This document shows positions 38,882 to 49,412 of a stretch of 64,000 nt of DNA, one piece after another. How positions within the stretch are numbered: the stretch's first letter is position 1; the number at the start of each line of letters is the position of its first letter. Below the pieces are notes generated by a model. It was not told the origin of the DNA and did not search any database. It saw nothing but the letters and a program-made list of their open reading frames with translations. A program made the position numbers and the translations under genes. Source of the stretch: Alphaproteobacteria bacterium (GTDB taxonomy: Bacteria > Pseudomonadota > Alphaproteobacteria > UBA2966); NCBI GenBank assembly GCA_964291395.2, contig OZ219856.1, positions 1,248,001 through 1,312,000 of the forward strand, in the 5' to 3' direction.

Positions 38882-41854
38882 TCAGTTGAACGTGCCGCCG
38901 TGCTCTGCCGCGGTTTTGGCCTGGGCTGGGCCGACGATGAGTTCCCGTAACCGCCGATGAACCCGACGTTCGGTATCGATGATCGTCGATTTCAGGGCCT
39001 CGAAGCTTTCCTCCCCCGTCGCTCGCGCCAACGCTTGTCGGAGGCCTTCCGGCGCCTGTTCTTCCACGAAACCGGCTTGAAGAGTTTGTCTTAGAAATCC
39101 TTGGGCGTTCCTGAACAGCTGCAAGGCCTCGGTTAGCTCGTCTGCCAATTCATCATCGATGACCCGAGCCTCTCGTAGCGCGCGGATTGCGTCCGACGTG
39201 CCTCCAGCGGCGATCGATGCATGATCGCAGGCGTGGCGGAGAATCAGGTACTGGCACAGGAACTCCAACTCAAACAGACCTCCGAGCGCGTGCTTGATCT
39301 GCCACGGGTTCTCGGTGCCGTGCTCGCGTCCGATTCGCTCATACATCTCCATTACGTCCTGGAGGAGTTTTGCGGGGTCCCGGCGCAGACGCACGACCGT
39401 GTCGATGATTCCTTCAATTCGATTTCGCAGGTCAGGGGGCGCCAGCACGACACGCGCTCGGGTCAAGGCCATGTGCTCCCATGTCCAGGCCCTGTTGTAT
39501 TGGTACTCCTCGAACCCTTCTACGTGGACCGCGATTGGCCCGCTTGCACCGGACGGACGGAGGCGCATATCGACTTCGTACAGCCGACCCTCCGCAGTTG
39601 GTGCCGAGACGGCATTGATGACGCGCTTGCTGAGCCGAGAGTAGTACTCGCCAACAGCTAGAGGACGTTCGCCATGGGAATATTTTTCCGTGGCAGGACA
39701 ATCGTAAATAAAGGCTAGGTCCAAGTCGGACTCCGGGGTGAGTTCCCTGGCCCCGTACTTGCCAAGGGCGACAATGGCGAACGCACCGCCCGGAATTTCA
39801 CCGTGGGCTTGCACGAATTCGGTTTTCGCTGCGGCAAAGAGCTCTCCCAACAGAACATCAGCGACATCCGCCAGCCTTGGGCCCACATCCGTCACGGAGG
39901 CGACGTTCCGCAGGATGTGCACACCGGCCTGGAATGCCTGGTCGTGACCCCATCGCCGAGAGCTGTCGAGCACCTCCTCGTAATGCCCGCAGTCGGCGAG
40001 CGTCCGAGACAACTCGTGAGCGAGCCGATCCACTTCAGGGATGGGATCGTAGAAGTCTGCACTCAGAACGTTGTCCATGAGGCGGGGATTGCGTGCCAGA
40101 TGCTCGGCCAGCCTCGGCGCGCTGCCCATGATTTCCGCCATCAGCTCGAGAAGGCCGGGATTGGCGTAGAACAGGGAGAATATCTGAACGCCGGCGGGCA
40201 ACTTGGCCAGGAACTCGTCGAACTTGAGGATGGCGGCATCGGGATTGACCGTGCCGGCGAACGCTCGCAGCAGCGCCGGGGTGAGTTCGGTGAGCAATTC
40301 CCTGGCGCGTGCGCTCCGCATCGCTCGATAGCGGCCGTGATGCCAGTTTCGAATCAGGGCCGCTGCTGTCGAGGACTCGCCGTATCCGAGTTCGACCAAC
40401 GTGGAAAGCGTCTCCGGGTCGTCTTCAGTGCCTGTGAAGACGAGGCTTCCGACGTCTCCCAGGGCCGGAGCGTGCTCGAAGAGCCGCGCAAAGTGCCGTT
40501 CGACCGTTCGCAACGTACGCAGTGTCTCGGCGACGAAAGCCTCGGTGCCGGGGACGCCCATGAAGGTGGCTACGTACGCCAGGCCGTCTTCGGTTTCCGG
40601 CACGGTATGCGTCTGCTCATCCGCGATCATCTGCAAACGGTGTTCGAGGCGCCGCAGATATTCGTAGGCGTGCACCATATCGTCGGCGACACTCCGCTCG
40701 ATGCGCCCGCAAGCCTCGAGTGCCCAGAGGGCCCCGCAGGTATCCGGAACCCTGAGGGTCGGGTCACGCCCTCCGGCGATCAGCTGCTGGGTTTGAGCGA
40801 AGAATTCGATCTCTCGGATACCGCCTCTTCCCACCTTGACGTTGTGGCCGGGAACCGTGACCGATCTATGTCCGCGATGCGCGTGAATCTGCCTCTTGAT
40901 CGAGTGAATATCCTCGATGGCGGCGAAATCCAGATACTTCCGCCAAATGAAGGGAGAGATGCGGCTCATGAAGGCGCGACCGGCGGCGATGTCGCCGGCG
41001 ACGGGGCGGGCCTTGATCAACGCTGCTCTCTCCCAGTTCTGTCCGACACTCTCGTAGTAACCTTCCGCCGCCGCCATGGACATCGCCAATGGTGAACTGC
41101 CCGTGTCGGGCCGCAATCTCAGATCAATCCGGAACACATGCCCGACGCTTGTCCGGGACTGCAGCAGATGTATCAGGTCCCGGGTCAGGCGCACGAAAAG
41201 ATCCTGAGCCGATTTGTTGCCCGTGTAAGGGACCCGTTCCTGGTCGAACAGCGCGATCAGGTCTATATCGCTGGAATAGTTCAGTTCGTTGGCGCCGAGC
41301 TTACCCATGCCGATGACGGTGAAGCCGCTCTCCTCCGAGGGGTGTTCCTCGTCGCGAAGTTGCAGGTTCCCGGCGTCGGCGGCCTGCGCCAGAAGGTGAT
41401 TCACCGCCGCCCCAATGGAGCCTGCCGCGAATTCACTCAGAGCGCTCGTAACCTCGTCCAAAGACCAGGCGTCGGCGATGTCTGCGGCCGCGACAAGAAG
41501 GGCCATCTTCGTGCGGGTGTCCCGCAAGGTCGACATCAACGAGCTTTGCTCCGAGTCCCGGATTACCCGGACCGTATCGAGAATCTGGGCGCCAAGTTGG
41601 GTCGGCCCCATCTCGAACAGATCCCGTGCGAAGGGAATGTTTCGCAACAAACATCGGGAAAGAAAGGGGCTGTTGCCGAGTATCGCGGCTAGAAAGTCAT
41701 GGCCCGTCGGATCCGCCGATACATGCCGGGCGAAACCGTCCAGTGCCGGGTCCTCGGATGCGGCCGCCCGATCATGCCACTCCTCGAGGCCGTGCTTGAA
41801 GCGTTCCGACGAGTATGGCGCAGGAAGATCTTTGATCTGTGATAAAAACAGCAA
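38882..41854 (-). CDS. glnE: Bifunctional glutamine synthetase adenylyltransferase GlnE
   Basis: Two NT domains: GMGKLGANELNYSSDIDL/DLRLRP and ALGKYGARELTPESDLDL/DMRLRPSG. Confidence 0.95.
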   Translation of the reverse strand: MLFLSQIKDLPAPYSSERFKHGLEEWHDRAAASEDPALDGFARHVSADPTGHDFLAAILGNSPFLSRCLLRNIPFARDLFEMGPTQLGAQILDTVRVIRDSEQSSLMSTLRDTRTKMALLVAAADIADAWSLDEVTSALSEFAAGSIGAAVNHLLAQAADAGNLQLRDEEHPSEESGFTVIGMGKLGANELNYSSDIDLIALFDQERVPYTGNKSAQDLFVRLTRDLIHLLQSRTSVGHVFRIDLRLRPDTGSSPLAMSMAAAEGYYESVGQNWERAALIKARPVAGDIAAGRAFMSRISPFIWRKYLDFAAIEDIHSIKRQIHAHRGHRSVTVPGHNVKVGRGGIREIEFFAQTQQLIAGGRDPTLRVPDTCGALWALEACGRIERSVADDMVHAYEYLRRLEHRLQMIADEQTHTVPETEDGLAYVATFMGVPGTEAFVAETLRTLRTVERHFARLFEHAPALGDVGSLVFTGTEDDPETLSTLVELGYGESSTAAALIRNWHHGRYRAMRSARARELLTELTPALLRAFAGTVNPDAAILKFDEFLAKLPAGVQIFSLFYANPGLLELMAEIMGSAPRLAEHLARNPRLMDNVLSADFYDPIPEVDRLAHELSRTLADCGHYEEVLDSSRRWGHDQAFQAGVHILRNVASVTDVGPRLADVADVLLGELFAAAKTEFVQAHGEIPGGAFAIVALGKYGARELTPESDLDLAFIYDCPATEKYSHGERPLAVGEYYSRLSKRVINAVSAPTAEGRLYEVDMRLRPSGASGPIAVHVEGFEEYQYNRAWTWEHMALTRARVVLAPPDLRNRIEGIIDTVVRLRRDPAKLLQDVMEMYERIGREHGTENPWQIKHALGGLFELEFLCQYLILRHACDHASIAAGGTSDAIRALREARVIDDELADELTEALQLFRNAQGFLRQTLQAGFVEEQAPEGLRQALARATGEESFEALKSTIIDTERRVHRRLRELIVGPAQAKTAAEHGGTFN

Positions 41855-41964
41855 TACGCGCGTTCCTTGACGTCAAGGTATGAGGCACACTGCGAAATAG
41901 GGCGACGGCGGTCAAGGATCGCCTATTCCGCGGTTCGCACTTCCAGATACGGCGCAAAAGACCA

Positions 41965-44900
41965 GTGATCGTCTCAACCGGTAAAGCGATGCTTCGGCTG
42001 CTCGCCGCGGTTGCGGCAGGATCCGCTATCGTATTTGCCTTGGCGGGCTGGTTGCTCTGGTCGGGGTCGATTTCGCTGCAGTTTCTTACCCCGTACGTGC
42101 GCGATGCTTTGAATATGGGCGTGCAAGGGGTTCGGATCGACCTTGAGGATACCATTTTGGCCTGGGTGGACTGGGAGCAAGCGGTCGACATCCGGGTCCG
42201 CGGTGCGCGGCTCCTCGACTCGGAGAATCGCGTTATCGCCGGTGTTCCGGAGATCTCGCTCGGCGTGAGCGGCGTCGCGTTGCTCGGCGGACGTCTGGCG
42301 TTCACACGGATCGAATTGCTCCGGCCTCGGATCACGCTTTTCCGGGACGAACATGGATCCTTCAGGATCGGGACGGACGACGATGGGGCCCGGGATGCGG
42401 GGGTCATGGTCTCGGCTCTTATCGACGGATTGCGGGTGCGGCCCGAGGCGAACACCCTGACGGAACGGCTGTCCCGGGTAAGCGTACGCGATGCACAAGT
42501 CGCTGTGGTCGACCGCGTGCTGAACCAAACCTGGCGGTCGACCGAGGTCGATGTTTCCTTGATGCGAAAGGCCGAAAGCATCTCCGGCCGTATCTCCGGC
42601 CTGTTGGACTTGGACGGTGTTGCAACGCCGGTCGGCGCAAGCCTGTCGCATATTCGAGACAGCGGCGAAGTAGCCGTGAGCTTGGGCTTTTCTGCGCTGG
42701 AACCGCGCAGACTTGCGAAATATCACCCGACGTTCTCCCAATTGGGAGCTTTCAGGGCGCCGATTGGCGGTACCGTGGACCTCACGCTGAACGCCGAAGG
42801 AATTGCGGACAACGTTGCCTTCGATCTTGTGGGAAGCCCGGGACACGTTCGTCTCCCCCGATATTTCGACGATGATCTGGCCTTCCGACAATTCGCGGTC
42901 AAAGGACGAATCTTGGACGGCCTTTCCGCTGTTCAATTCAGTGAACTGTTTGTGGATCTGGGTGACGTTTCCGCCTCGGCCAGCGGGTTGATCGATTTCG
43001 AGGATCAATTGGCCGTCACCCTGGAGGGGAGTTTCAAGAACCTTCCCGTGGATGCGTTGGAGCGGTACTGGCCCGTCGATCTCTCACCGAAAGCGAGGAG
43101 CTGGGTAACGACCAGAGTTCGTGGTGGGACGATTACGCGGGGCAAGGTGCGCCTCGTGGTTTCGCCCGAAGTTCGGACCGGGCGCGGCCTGCGGGAAGAT
43201 GCCGTCGAACTGACATTCGAATTCGAAGACGTTTCGACGCGGTATTTGACCCCCATGCCGAAGCTCGTCGATGCACGTGGGTCGGCGCGCATGACGGGGA
43301 GTTCGATGGAACTGACCGTCGAAAGCGGACGTATCGGCGAAATTTCGATTTCCGAAGGCGACGTTCGAATTGAAGGGTTGAACGTTCAAGGAAAGACGGC
43401 CCATATCGGATTTGTCGGGACGGGGAGGGTATCCGACGTTCTGGCCGTTCTGGATCGCGAGCCCTATCGGTTCTCCAGGTCCATCGGACTCCGGCCCGAA
43501 ACGACCTCCGGCTTTAGCGCCGTGCGCGTCCGGCTCGATCTGCCATTGAAGGACGGACTTCAGGGTCACGAGGTGAGGTACGCCGCGGCGGCAAACCTGC
43601 GTGATTTCGGCGTGCCGAGCATCGTCGGCGATCACGTGCTGAGCGGCGGCGACCTTGTGGTTCGGCTCGACGGAAACGGGATCGACGCGTCCGGGACGGC
43701 ATCAATCGATGGGGTGCCGTTCGATCTCGAATGGCGGCGAGCCTTCCGGCCGACGAGGACAGCGACCGATCTGTTGTCGCTCGTGGCAAATCTGGGCGAT
43801 GACCATCGGCGGGCGCTGGGATTGCCGGCGGCTCCTCGCGTGGCGGGTATGACGCCGATCAACGCTCGGATTCTTACCAACGGGTGGGAAATCCTGGATA
43901 TCGGCGTGACCGCGGATCTGACGTCCGCGCGGCTCGATTTTCCCGAACTCGCATGGAGCAAGTCCGCAGGCGAAACCGCGGCCGCAAAGATGAATGCCAC
44001 GCCATCGGGCGAGAATGGTGGATGGGTGACATCGTTCGAGATCTCAGGGCCGGGTCTCAGGGCCGTCGGACAGGGCGAACTGGACACGGACGACGAACTA
44101 CGGCGCCTGGACCTCTCACTGCTCGAGTTGGGGGAGAACAATGTATCCGCCTCGGTCAGGCCTCGTGCGCCCGAGGGTTTCATCATTGCCCTCGAAGGCG
44201 GCCGCTTCGACATGAGGCCCTACCTTGCGCGCCTTTTCGGCGCGGAGGACGCTCTGCCGATTCCGCCCCTGGTGCTGTCGATGCGTGTCGGGGAGGTCGT
44301 TCTCGGTGACCAGCACAGTCTCACGGACACGAGCGTCAGGGCCGTTCACTCCGGCACGTCCTGGCAGGAAATCGAGGCCGAAGGGGTTCTGACCGGCGGG
44401 GCGCCCGTGCAGATATCCCTTCGCGGCCGATCCGGTAATCGGAGTTTGGGCGTGAACTCGAGTGATGCAGGCGCATTCATGAGATCCTTGGGAGTCTTCG
44501 ACAATGCGGTCGGAGGTCACCTCGAGCTGACGGCAACCATTGACGAGACTCTGCCCTCTCGCCCGCTTTCGGGCATGGTCGGCATCGACGAGTTCAAGGT
44601 TGTGAACGCTCCCGTGTTTGCGCGAATTCTCACGGTCGCTTCATTGACGGGAATGGCGGACCTTCTCAACGGGGAGGGAATTTCGTTCGTCCGCTTCGAA
44701 GCGCCCTTCGAGATTCGGAACGGTCGACTGGAAATCGAAAGGGCGCGCGCCTTCGGCCCCGCACTTGGCGTCACCCTCGAGGGAGGGCTGGACCGGAAAC
44801 GTGATCGGATCAAGATACGGGGAACTCTGGTTCCTGCCTACACCTTGAACTCCGTGCTGGGGACCGTTCCGTTGTTGGGAAATCTATTCGTAGGAAGAGA

Positions 44901-45057
44901 AGGGGAGGGTGTTTTCGCGATCAACTACGCTGTTGACGGTCTGATCGGAGAACCAACGGTCACGGTCAATCCGTTGTCCGCGCTGGCACCGGGGTTTCTG
45001 CGGTCGATTGTTTCGGGTGATGGGGTGCCGCAGAAGAGCTTGCCGCGGAATGAATAG
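41965..45057 (+). CDS. YhdP/AsmA-like envelope protein (DUF3971, AsmA-like C-terminus)
   Basis: N-terminal TM, beta-rich body, RYWP..ARSWV, GTLVPAYTLNS...VNPLSALAPGFLR. Between glnE and tyrS. Confidence 0.85.
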   Translation: MIVSTGKAMLRLLAAVAAGSAIVFALAGWLLWSGSISLQFLTPYVRDALNMGVQGVRIDLEDTILAWVDWEQAVDIRVRGARLLDSENRVIAGVPEISLGVSGVALLGGRLAFTRIELLRPRITLFRDEHGSFRIGTDDDGARDAGVMVSALIDGLRVRPEANTLTERLSRVSVRDAQVAVVDRVLNQTWRSTEVDVSLMRKAESISGRISGLLDLDGVATPVGASLSHIRDSGEVAVSLGFSALEPRRLAKYHPTFSQLGAFRAPIGGTVDLTLNAEGIADNVAFDLVGSPGHVRLPRYFDDDLAFRQFAVKGRILDGLSAVQFSELFVDLGDVSASASGLIDFEDQLAVTLEGSFKNLPVDALERYWPVDLSPKARSWVTTRVRGGTITRGKVRLVVSPEVRTGRGLREDAVELTFEFEDVSTRYLTPMPKLVDARGSARMTGSSMELTVESGRIGEISISEGDVRIEGLNVQGKTAHIGFVGTGRVSDVLAVLDREPYRFSRSIGLRPETTSGFSAVRVRLDLPLKDGLQGHEVRYAAAANLRDFGVPSIVGDHVLSGGDLVVRLDGNGIDASGTASIDGVPFDLEWRRAFRPTRTATDLLSLVANLGDDHRRALGLPAAPRVAGMTPINARILTNGWEILDIGVTADLTSARLDFPELAWSKSAGETAAAKMNATPSGENGGWVTSFEISGPGLRAVGQGELDTDDELRRLDLSLLELGENNVSASVRPRAPEGFIIALEGGRFDMRPYLARLFGAEDALPIPPLVLSMRVGEVVLGDQHSLTDTSVRAVHSGTSWQEIEAEGVLTGGAPVQISLRGRSGNRSLGVNSSDAGAFMRSLGVFDNAVGGHLELTATIDETLPSRPLSGMVGIDEFKVVNAPVFARILTVASLTGMADLLNGEGISFVRFEAPFEIRNGRLEIERARAFGPALGVTLEGGLDRKRDRIKIRGTLVPAYTLNSVLGTVPLLGNLFVGREGEGVFAINYAVDGLIGEPTVTVNPLSALAPGFLRSIVSGDGVPQKSLPRNE

Positions 45058-45091
45058 ACGCGGTCCCGCAATACGAATCAACGTCGATCGC

Positions 45092-46345
45092 CTAAACGGG
45101 TTTGACGCGCGCGTGCCGCTTCTTTCCGGCTGACAGTTTGATCAAACCCTCAGCCCCTAGATGGTCCAGCGTGATCAGTTGGGCCTCGTCTCCGATGACG
45201 ATGTCGTTGACTCTTCCGCCGCCTCCCTTGATGAGGCGGCGCGCTTCACCACGGCTCGAACAAAGGCCTGCACGATGAAGCAGTTCGAACGCCGCCACGC
45301 CCTCGTTCAGTTCAGCTCGCGACACATCGATTCCTCGCAGATTCTCGCTCACACCGCTGCCCTCGAACGTATTGCGGGCCGTTTCCGCGGCCATCTGCGA
45401 TGCCTCCGGGCCGTGGCAAAGACTGGTGACCTCATTCGCGAGAATCTTTTTCGCCTCATTGATTTCGTCGCCCTGGAGACGTTCGAGGCGCTCAATTTCG
45501 TCGAGTGGCAGTTCGGTGAACAGGCGCAGAAATCTGCCGATATCCGCGTCGTCGGCGTTGCGCCAAAACTGCCAGTAGTCGTAGGCGGAGAGCATCCTCT
45601 CGTTCAGCCACACGGCGCCGTCCGCCGTCTTCCCCATCTTTGCTCCGGATGACGTGGTCAGCAGCGGTGATGTCAAACCGTAAAGTGTCCGATTGTCCAC
45701 GCGACGGCCGAGTTCGACGCCGTTGACGATGTTACCCCACTGATCCGAACCGCCTATCTGCAAGACGCAGTCATAGCGCCGGGCGAGCTCCAGAAAATCG
45801 TAGGCTTGCAACACCATGTAATTGAATTCGAGAAAGCTGAGCGGCTGTTGCCTGTCGAGGCGTAGCTTTACGCTGTCCATGGCGAGCATGCGGTTCACCG
45901 AGAAGTGAGGCCCAAACTCCCGCAGAAACGGGATGTACTCGAGAAGATCCAACCAATCGGCGTTGTTGACCATCAGGGCATCGGTGGGACCGTCCCCGAA
46001 CTCGAGAAACCTTGCGAACACCTGCTTGATTCCTGCCATGTTGGCAGCGATTTCCGCTTCCGACAGGATTTGTCTGCTTTCCTCTTTGCCCGAAGGATCA
46101 CCGACTTTCGTGGTCCCGCCGCCCATGAGCACGATGGGCCGATATCCAGCGCGTTGAAGGTGCCGAAGCACCATGATTCCGACAAGATTGCCGACATGCA
46201 GGCTTGGCGCCGTGCAGTCGAACCCTTCGTACGCGATCAATGTTCCTTCGGAGGCCAGTCGATCGAGCCCGTCCATATCCGTGCATTGATGGACGTAGCC
46301 GCGCGCCGTCAGCACGCGCAGGAATTCGGACTTCGGTTGTTGCAT
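45092..46345 (-). CDS. tyrS: Tyrosine--tRNA ligase
   Basis: [30 protein letters not shown]-terminal S4 domain. Confidence 0.97.
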   Translation of the reverse strand: MQQPKSEFLRVLTARGYVHQCTDMDGLDRLASEGTLIAYEGFDCTAPSLHVGNLVGIMVLRHLQRAGYRPIVLMGGGTTKVGDPSGKEESRQILSEAEIAANMAGIKQVFARFLEFGDGPTDALMVNNADWLDLLEYIPFLREFGPHFSVNRMLAMDSVKLRLDRQQPLSFLEFNYMVLQAYDFLELARRYDCVLQIGGSDQWGNIVNGVELGRRVDNRTLYGLTSPLLTTSSGAKMGKTADGAVWLNERMLSAYDYWQFWRNADDADIGRFLRLFTELPLDEIERLERLQGDEINEAKKILANEVTSLCHGPEASQMAAETARNTFEGSGVSENLRGIDVSRAELNEGVAAFELLHRAGLCSSRGEARRLIKGGGGRVNDIVIGDEAQLITLDHLGAEGLIKLSAGKKRHARVKPV

Positions 46346-46560
46346 CTTCGGCTGCAGGGATTCGTCGAGATGCCGGCCCGCCCACCGGTTTCACTACTCG
46401 TGGCGACAAACATACGACAGTATATGAAGGGACACGGGTGTCGCGGCGTCCAGCCATGTAACACAAACCCCGAACCGCGACAACACGCGTTGCGGGTGAG
46501 ATCTTTTTGCGCCCGCTTTGGTGGAGAAGCCGTTCGATGGATGATTGTTCGTTTTCGACG

Positions 46561-47670
46561 ATGACCGCGCTCGGTTTGATGAGCGGGACATCACGGGATG
46601 GAATCGATGCCGCCATCATACGAACGGATGGTGTATCCGTGTTCGAGCGCGGCCCGTCGTCAACGACGCCCTACGACCATGATTTCCGGAAACGATTGGC
46701 CGATTTGATCGACGGGGGGGCAAAAGCCTGCGATGTGGAGTCGGATCTGACGGCAAGGCACGTCGACACGGTTGAAATTCTACTTCGGGAAAATTCGATA
46801 ACTCGCTCGGAAATAGATGTAATCGGGTTTCATGGACATACGGTGTTTCATATGCCGGAGGCGCGTCGGACGTGTCAGATCGGTGACGGCGAGCTGCTGG
46901 CAAAAATGACTGGCGTTCCGGTGGTCAATGACTTCCGCAGCGCCGATGTCGCGGCAGGTGGTCAGGGCGCGCCGCTCGCCCCCATCTATCATTGGGCTCT
47001 CGCGCGAGAGCTTCCGAAACCGCTGGCGATCCTCAATCTGGGTGGCGTGGCGAACGTAACCTGGATCGGCGAGGACTCGCCCGCCTCTCGAACCACCGAC
47101 ACGACGGGGGCGGTCGTCCCGGGAATTTGGGCGTTCGACACCGGGCCGGGAAACGCCTTGCTCGACGACTGGACCGAGATGCGGACAGGTGATCCGTTCG
47201 ACCGAAATGGCGCGCTCGCGTCCAGGGGCCGTTTGAGCGCGTCTGCCCTGAAGCAACTCATGAGCCATCCGTATTTCTCGCTCCCGCCTCCGAAATCGCT
47301 TGACCGTGACGCGTTCTCACTCGAGCCGGTCTATGGACTCTCGCCGGAGGACGGTGCGGCAACCTTGGCAGCATTTACGGCCGAGGCCGTTCGAGCGGCG
47401 CTCAAAGGTCTTCCCGCGACTCCCCTGCGTTGGCTGGTCGCGGGCGGCGGGCGGTACAACAAAGCGATGATGGGTGAACTGACGGCCCGGATCGGCGGCC
47501 CGGTGGAGTCGGTGGAGGCCGTAGGATGGGACGGCAGCGCTTTGGAGGCGGAAGCATTCGCCTACCTTGCCGTCCGAGCCATCAGGGGATGGCCCTCGAG
47601 CTGGCCCACGACCACCGGTGTCGCGCGTCCCTGTGTGGCCGGAGTCGTCCATCGCCCCCAGACGAGCTGA
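46561..47670 (+). CDS. anmK: Anhydro-N-acetylmuramic acid kinase
   Basis: GLMSGTSRDGID, GFHGHT, DVAAGGQGAPLAP, FDTGPGN, EAEAFAYLA. Divergent from tyrS. Confidence 0.95.
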   Translation: MTALGLMSGTSRDGIDAAIIRTDGVSVFERGPSSTTPYDHDFRKRLADLIDGGAKACDVESDLTARHVDTVEILLRENSITRSEIDVIGFHGHTVFHMPEARRTCQIGDGELLAKMTGVPVVNDFRSADVAAGGQGAPLAPIYHWALARELPKPLAILNLGGVANVTWIGEDSPASRTTDTTGAVVPGIWAFDTGPGNALLDDWTEMRTGDPFDRNGALASRGRLSASALKQLMSHPYFSLPPPKSLDRDAFSLEPVYGLSPEDGAATLAAFTAEAVRAALKGLPATPLRWLVAGGGRYNKAMMGELTARIGGPVESVEAVGWDGSALEAEAFAYLAVRAIRGWPSSWPTTTGVARPCVAGVVHRPQTS

Positions 47671-47706
47671 GGAGAACGGCTGGATGGCGCGGACCGCGTG
47701 TGATTT

Positions 47707-48348
47707 TCAGAAGACGGCCGTCTTCAGATACCTTTCGACCTGGGTATTGAGATCGGGCAGCTTCTCTTCGAAAAAATGGTTGGCGCCTGCAATGGTCCTG
47801 TAGGTAATTTCGATTCCGCGCTGACTCTGGAGTTTGGCGGCAAGTTTCTCGACGTCTTCGGTCGGCACGATGTCGTCGTCGGATCCATGAACGATCAGTC
47901 CCGACGCCGGGCACGGGGCGAGAAAGCTGAAGTCCAGCATATTGGCGGGCGGTGCGACCGAAATGAAGCTGTTGATTTCCGGTCGGCGCATGAGCAGTTG
48001 CATGGAGATCCATGCGCCGAACGAGAAGCCCCCGACCCAGCATGCGGGAGCGTTCGGATTGGAGGCCTGGAGCCAGTCAAGTGCCGAAGCCGCGTCGGAC
48101 AGTTCTCCCTGACCGTGGTCAAAGGTTCCTTGGCTCTTGCCGACACCCCGGAAGTTGAACCTGAGCGCCGAGAACCCCTTCCGCACGAACGCGTGAAACA
48201 GGTTGTACACCACCTTGTTGTTCATGGTTCCGCCGAATTGGGGATGTGGGTGAAGGATCAGCGCGATGGGTGATCGGAGTACGTTTGGTTGGTGGTGGTA
48301 ACGGCCTTCGAGCCGGCCCTCGGGACCGACGATGTTGACTTCGGGCAT
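47707..48348 (-). CDS. Conserved alpha/beta hydrolase
   Basis: LHPHPQFGGTMNN, RFNFRGVG, GFSFG, GANHFF. Confidence 0.9.
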   Translation of the reverse strand: MPEVNIVGPEGRLEGRYHHQPNVLRSPIALILHPHPQFGGTMNNKVVYNLFHAFVRKGFSALRFNFRGVGKSQGTFDHGQGELSDAASALDWLQASNPNAPACWVGGFSFGAWISMQLLMRRPEINSFISVAPPANMLDFSFLAPCPASGLIVHGSDDDIVPTEDVEKLAAKLQSQRGIEITYRTIAGANHFFEEKLPDLNTQVERYLKTAVF

Positions 48349-48469
48349 TCATCCTCCAGGCGCGGAGCGCCGATTGTGATCTCGTCTCGGTACGTCCGCC
48401 ACGGGCACGCTTGATCATGCGACGGGTTCGCACAGCCATCAGAGGCGGGCTTCGGACCGGTTCAAATCA

Positions 48470-48498
48470 TTGACTGGTACGTACAGCTAACCTATATC
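48470..48498 (+). promoter_or_regulatory. Candidate sigma70 promoter for cysE
   Basis: TTGACT-17 nt-TATATC about 90 nt before the cysE ATG. Confidence 0.5.
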
Positions 48499-48590
48499 GA
48501 AAGAAGTCAGGTGCCGAATGCCTTTCGACGATCTGTTGTGGGCTCGATTGGAAGGTGTGCCGGCACCCTAATATTATAGTGGGGAAGCCA

Positions 48591-49358
48591 ATGTTCAAAA
48601 CCATTGGCGCAGATGTCCGGGCGGTTTTCGAGAGAGACCCCGCGGTACGGTCCAAGCTCGAGGTCGTGCTTTGCTATCCGGGATTCCATGCCGTCTTGTT
48701 CTATCGCGTTGCGCACGGGCTTTGGTCACGCGACTGGAACTTGCTGGGTCGGTTCATCTCCCACTTGGGTCGATTCTTCACCGGGATCGAGATCCACCCG
48801 GGTGCCCGGATCGGCCGGGGGTTCTTCATCGATCATGGGATGGGCGTCGTCGTCGGCGAGACCTCGGTCATCGGCGACAACGTGACACTCTATCACGATG
48901 TGACGTTGGGCGGCATCGCCCCCGCGGTCGACAGCCGGTCTCAGGTGAATGAAAAGCGACACCCGACCCTTGAAGATGGTGCGATCGTCGGGTCGGGTGC
49001 TCAGGTTCTGGGCCCGATAACCGTCGGTGCGAATGCTCGAATCGGCGCGAATTCCGTCGTTCTCAAGGATGTCGTGCCTGGCAGTACGGTCGTCGGCATT
49101 CCTGCGCGCCCGGCAGGCGCCGCCGCCAAGCGCGAAGCCCCGAAACGCTTTGATCCTTATGGAACGCCCGTCGATGAGGAAGCGGACCCGATTGCCCGGA
49201 GGATCGATGCCTTGCTGGACAAGGTTCAGTCCCTCAGTTTGCGCGTGGCGGAGCTGGAAGAACAGTCGAGCGCCCGGGACGGCACCATGTCGTGGCAATC
49301 CGAGCCTGACGATGCGGGGGACGTCACCTCCGGGGGTACGTCCGACTGCAGCAATTAG
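48591..49358 (+). CDS. cysE: Serine O-acetyltransferase
   Basis: [33 protein letters not shown], hexapeptide repeats. Confidence 0.95.
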   Translation: MFKTIGADVRAVFERDPAVRSKLEVVLCYPGFHAVLFYRVAHGLWSRDWNLLGRFISHLGRFFTGIEIHPGARIGRGFFIDHGMGVVVGETSVIGDNVTLYHDVTLGGIAPAVDSRSQVNEKRHPTLEDGAIVGSGAQVLGPITVGANARIGANSVVLKDVVPGSTVVGIPARPAGAAAKREAPKRFDPYGTPVDEEADPIARRIDALLDKVQSLSLRVAELEEQSSARDGTMSWQSEPDDAGDVTSGGTSDCSN

Positions 49359-49412
49359 GCGGCCATCGATTGAGCAAGGTCTGAACCGACAACTTTTGCT
49401 CAACGACTTGGC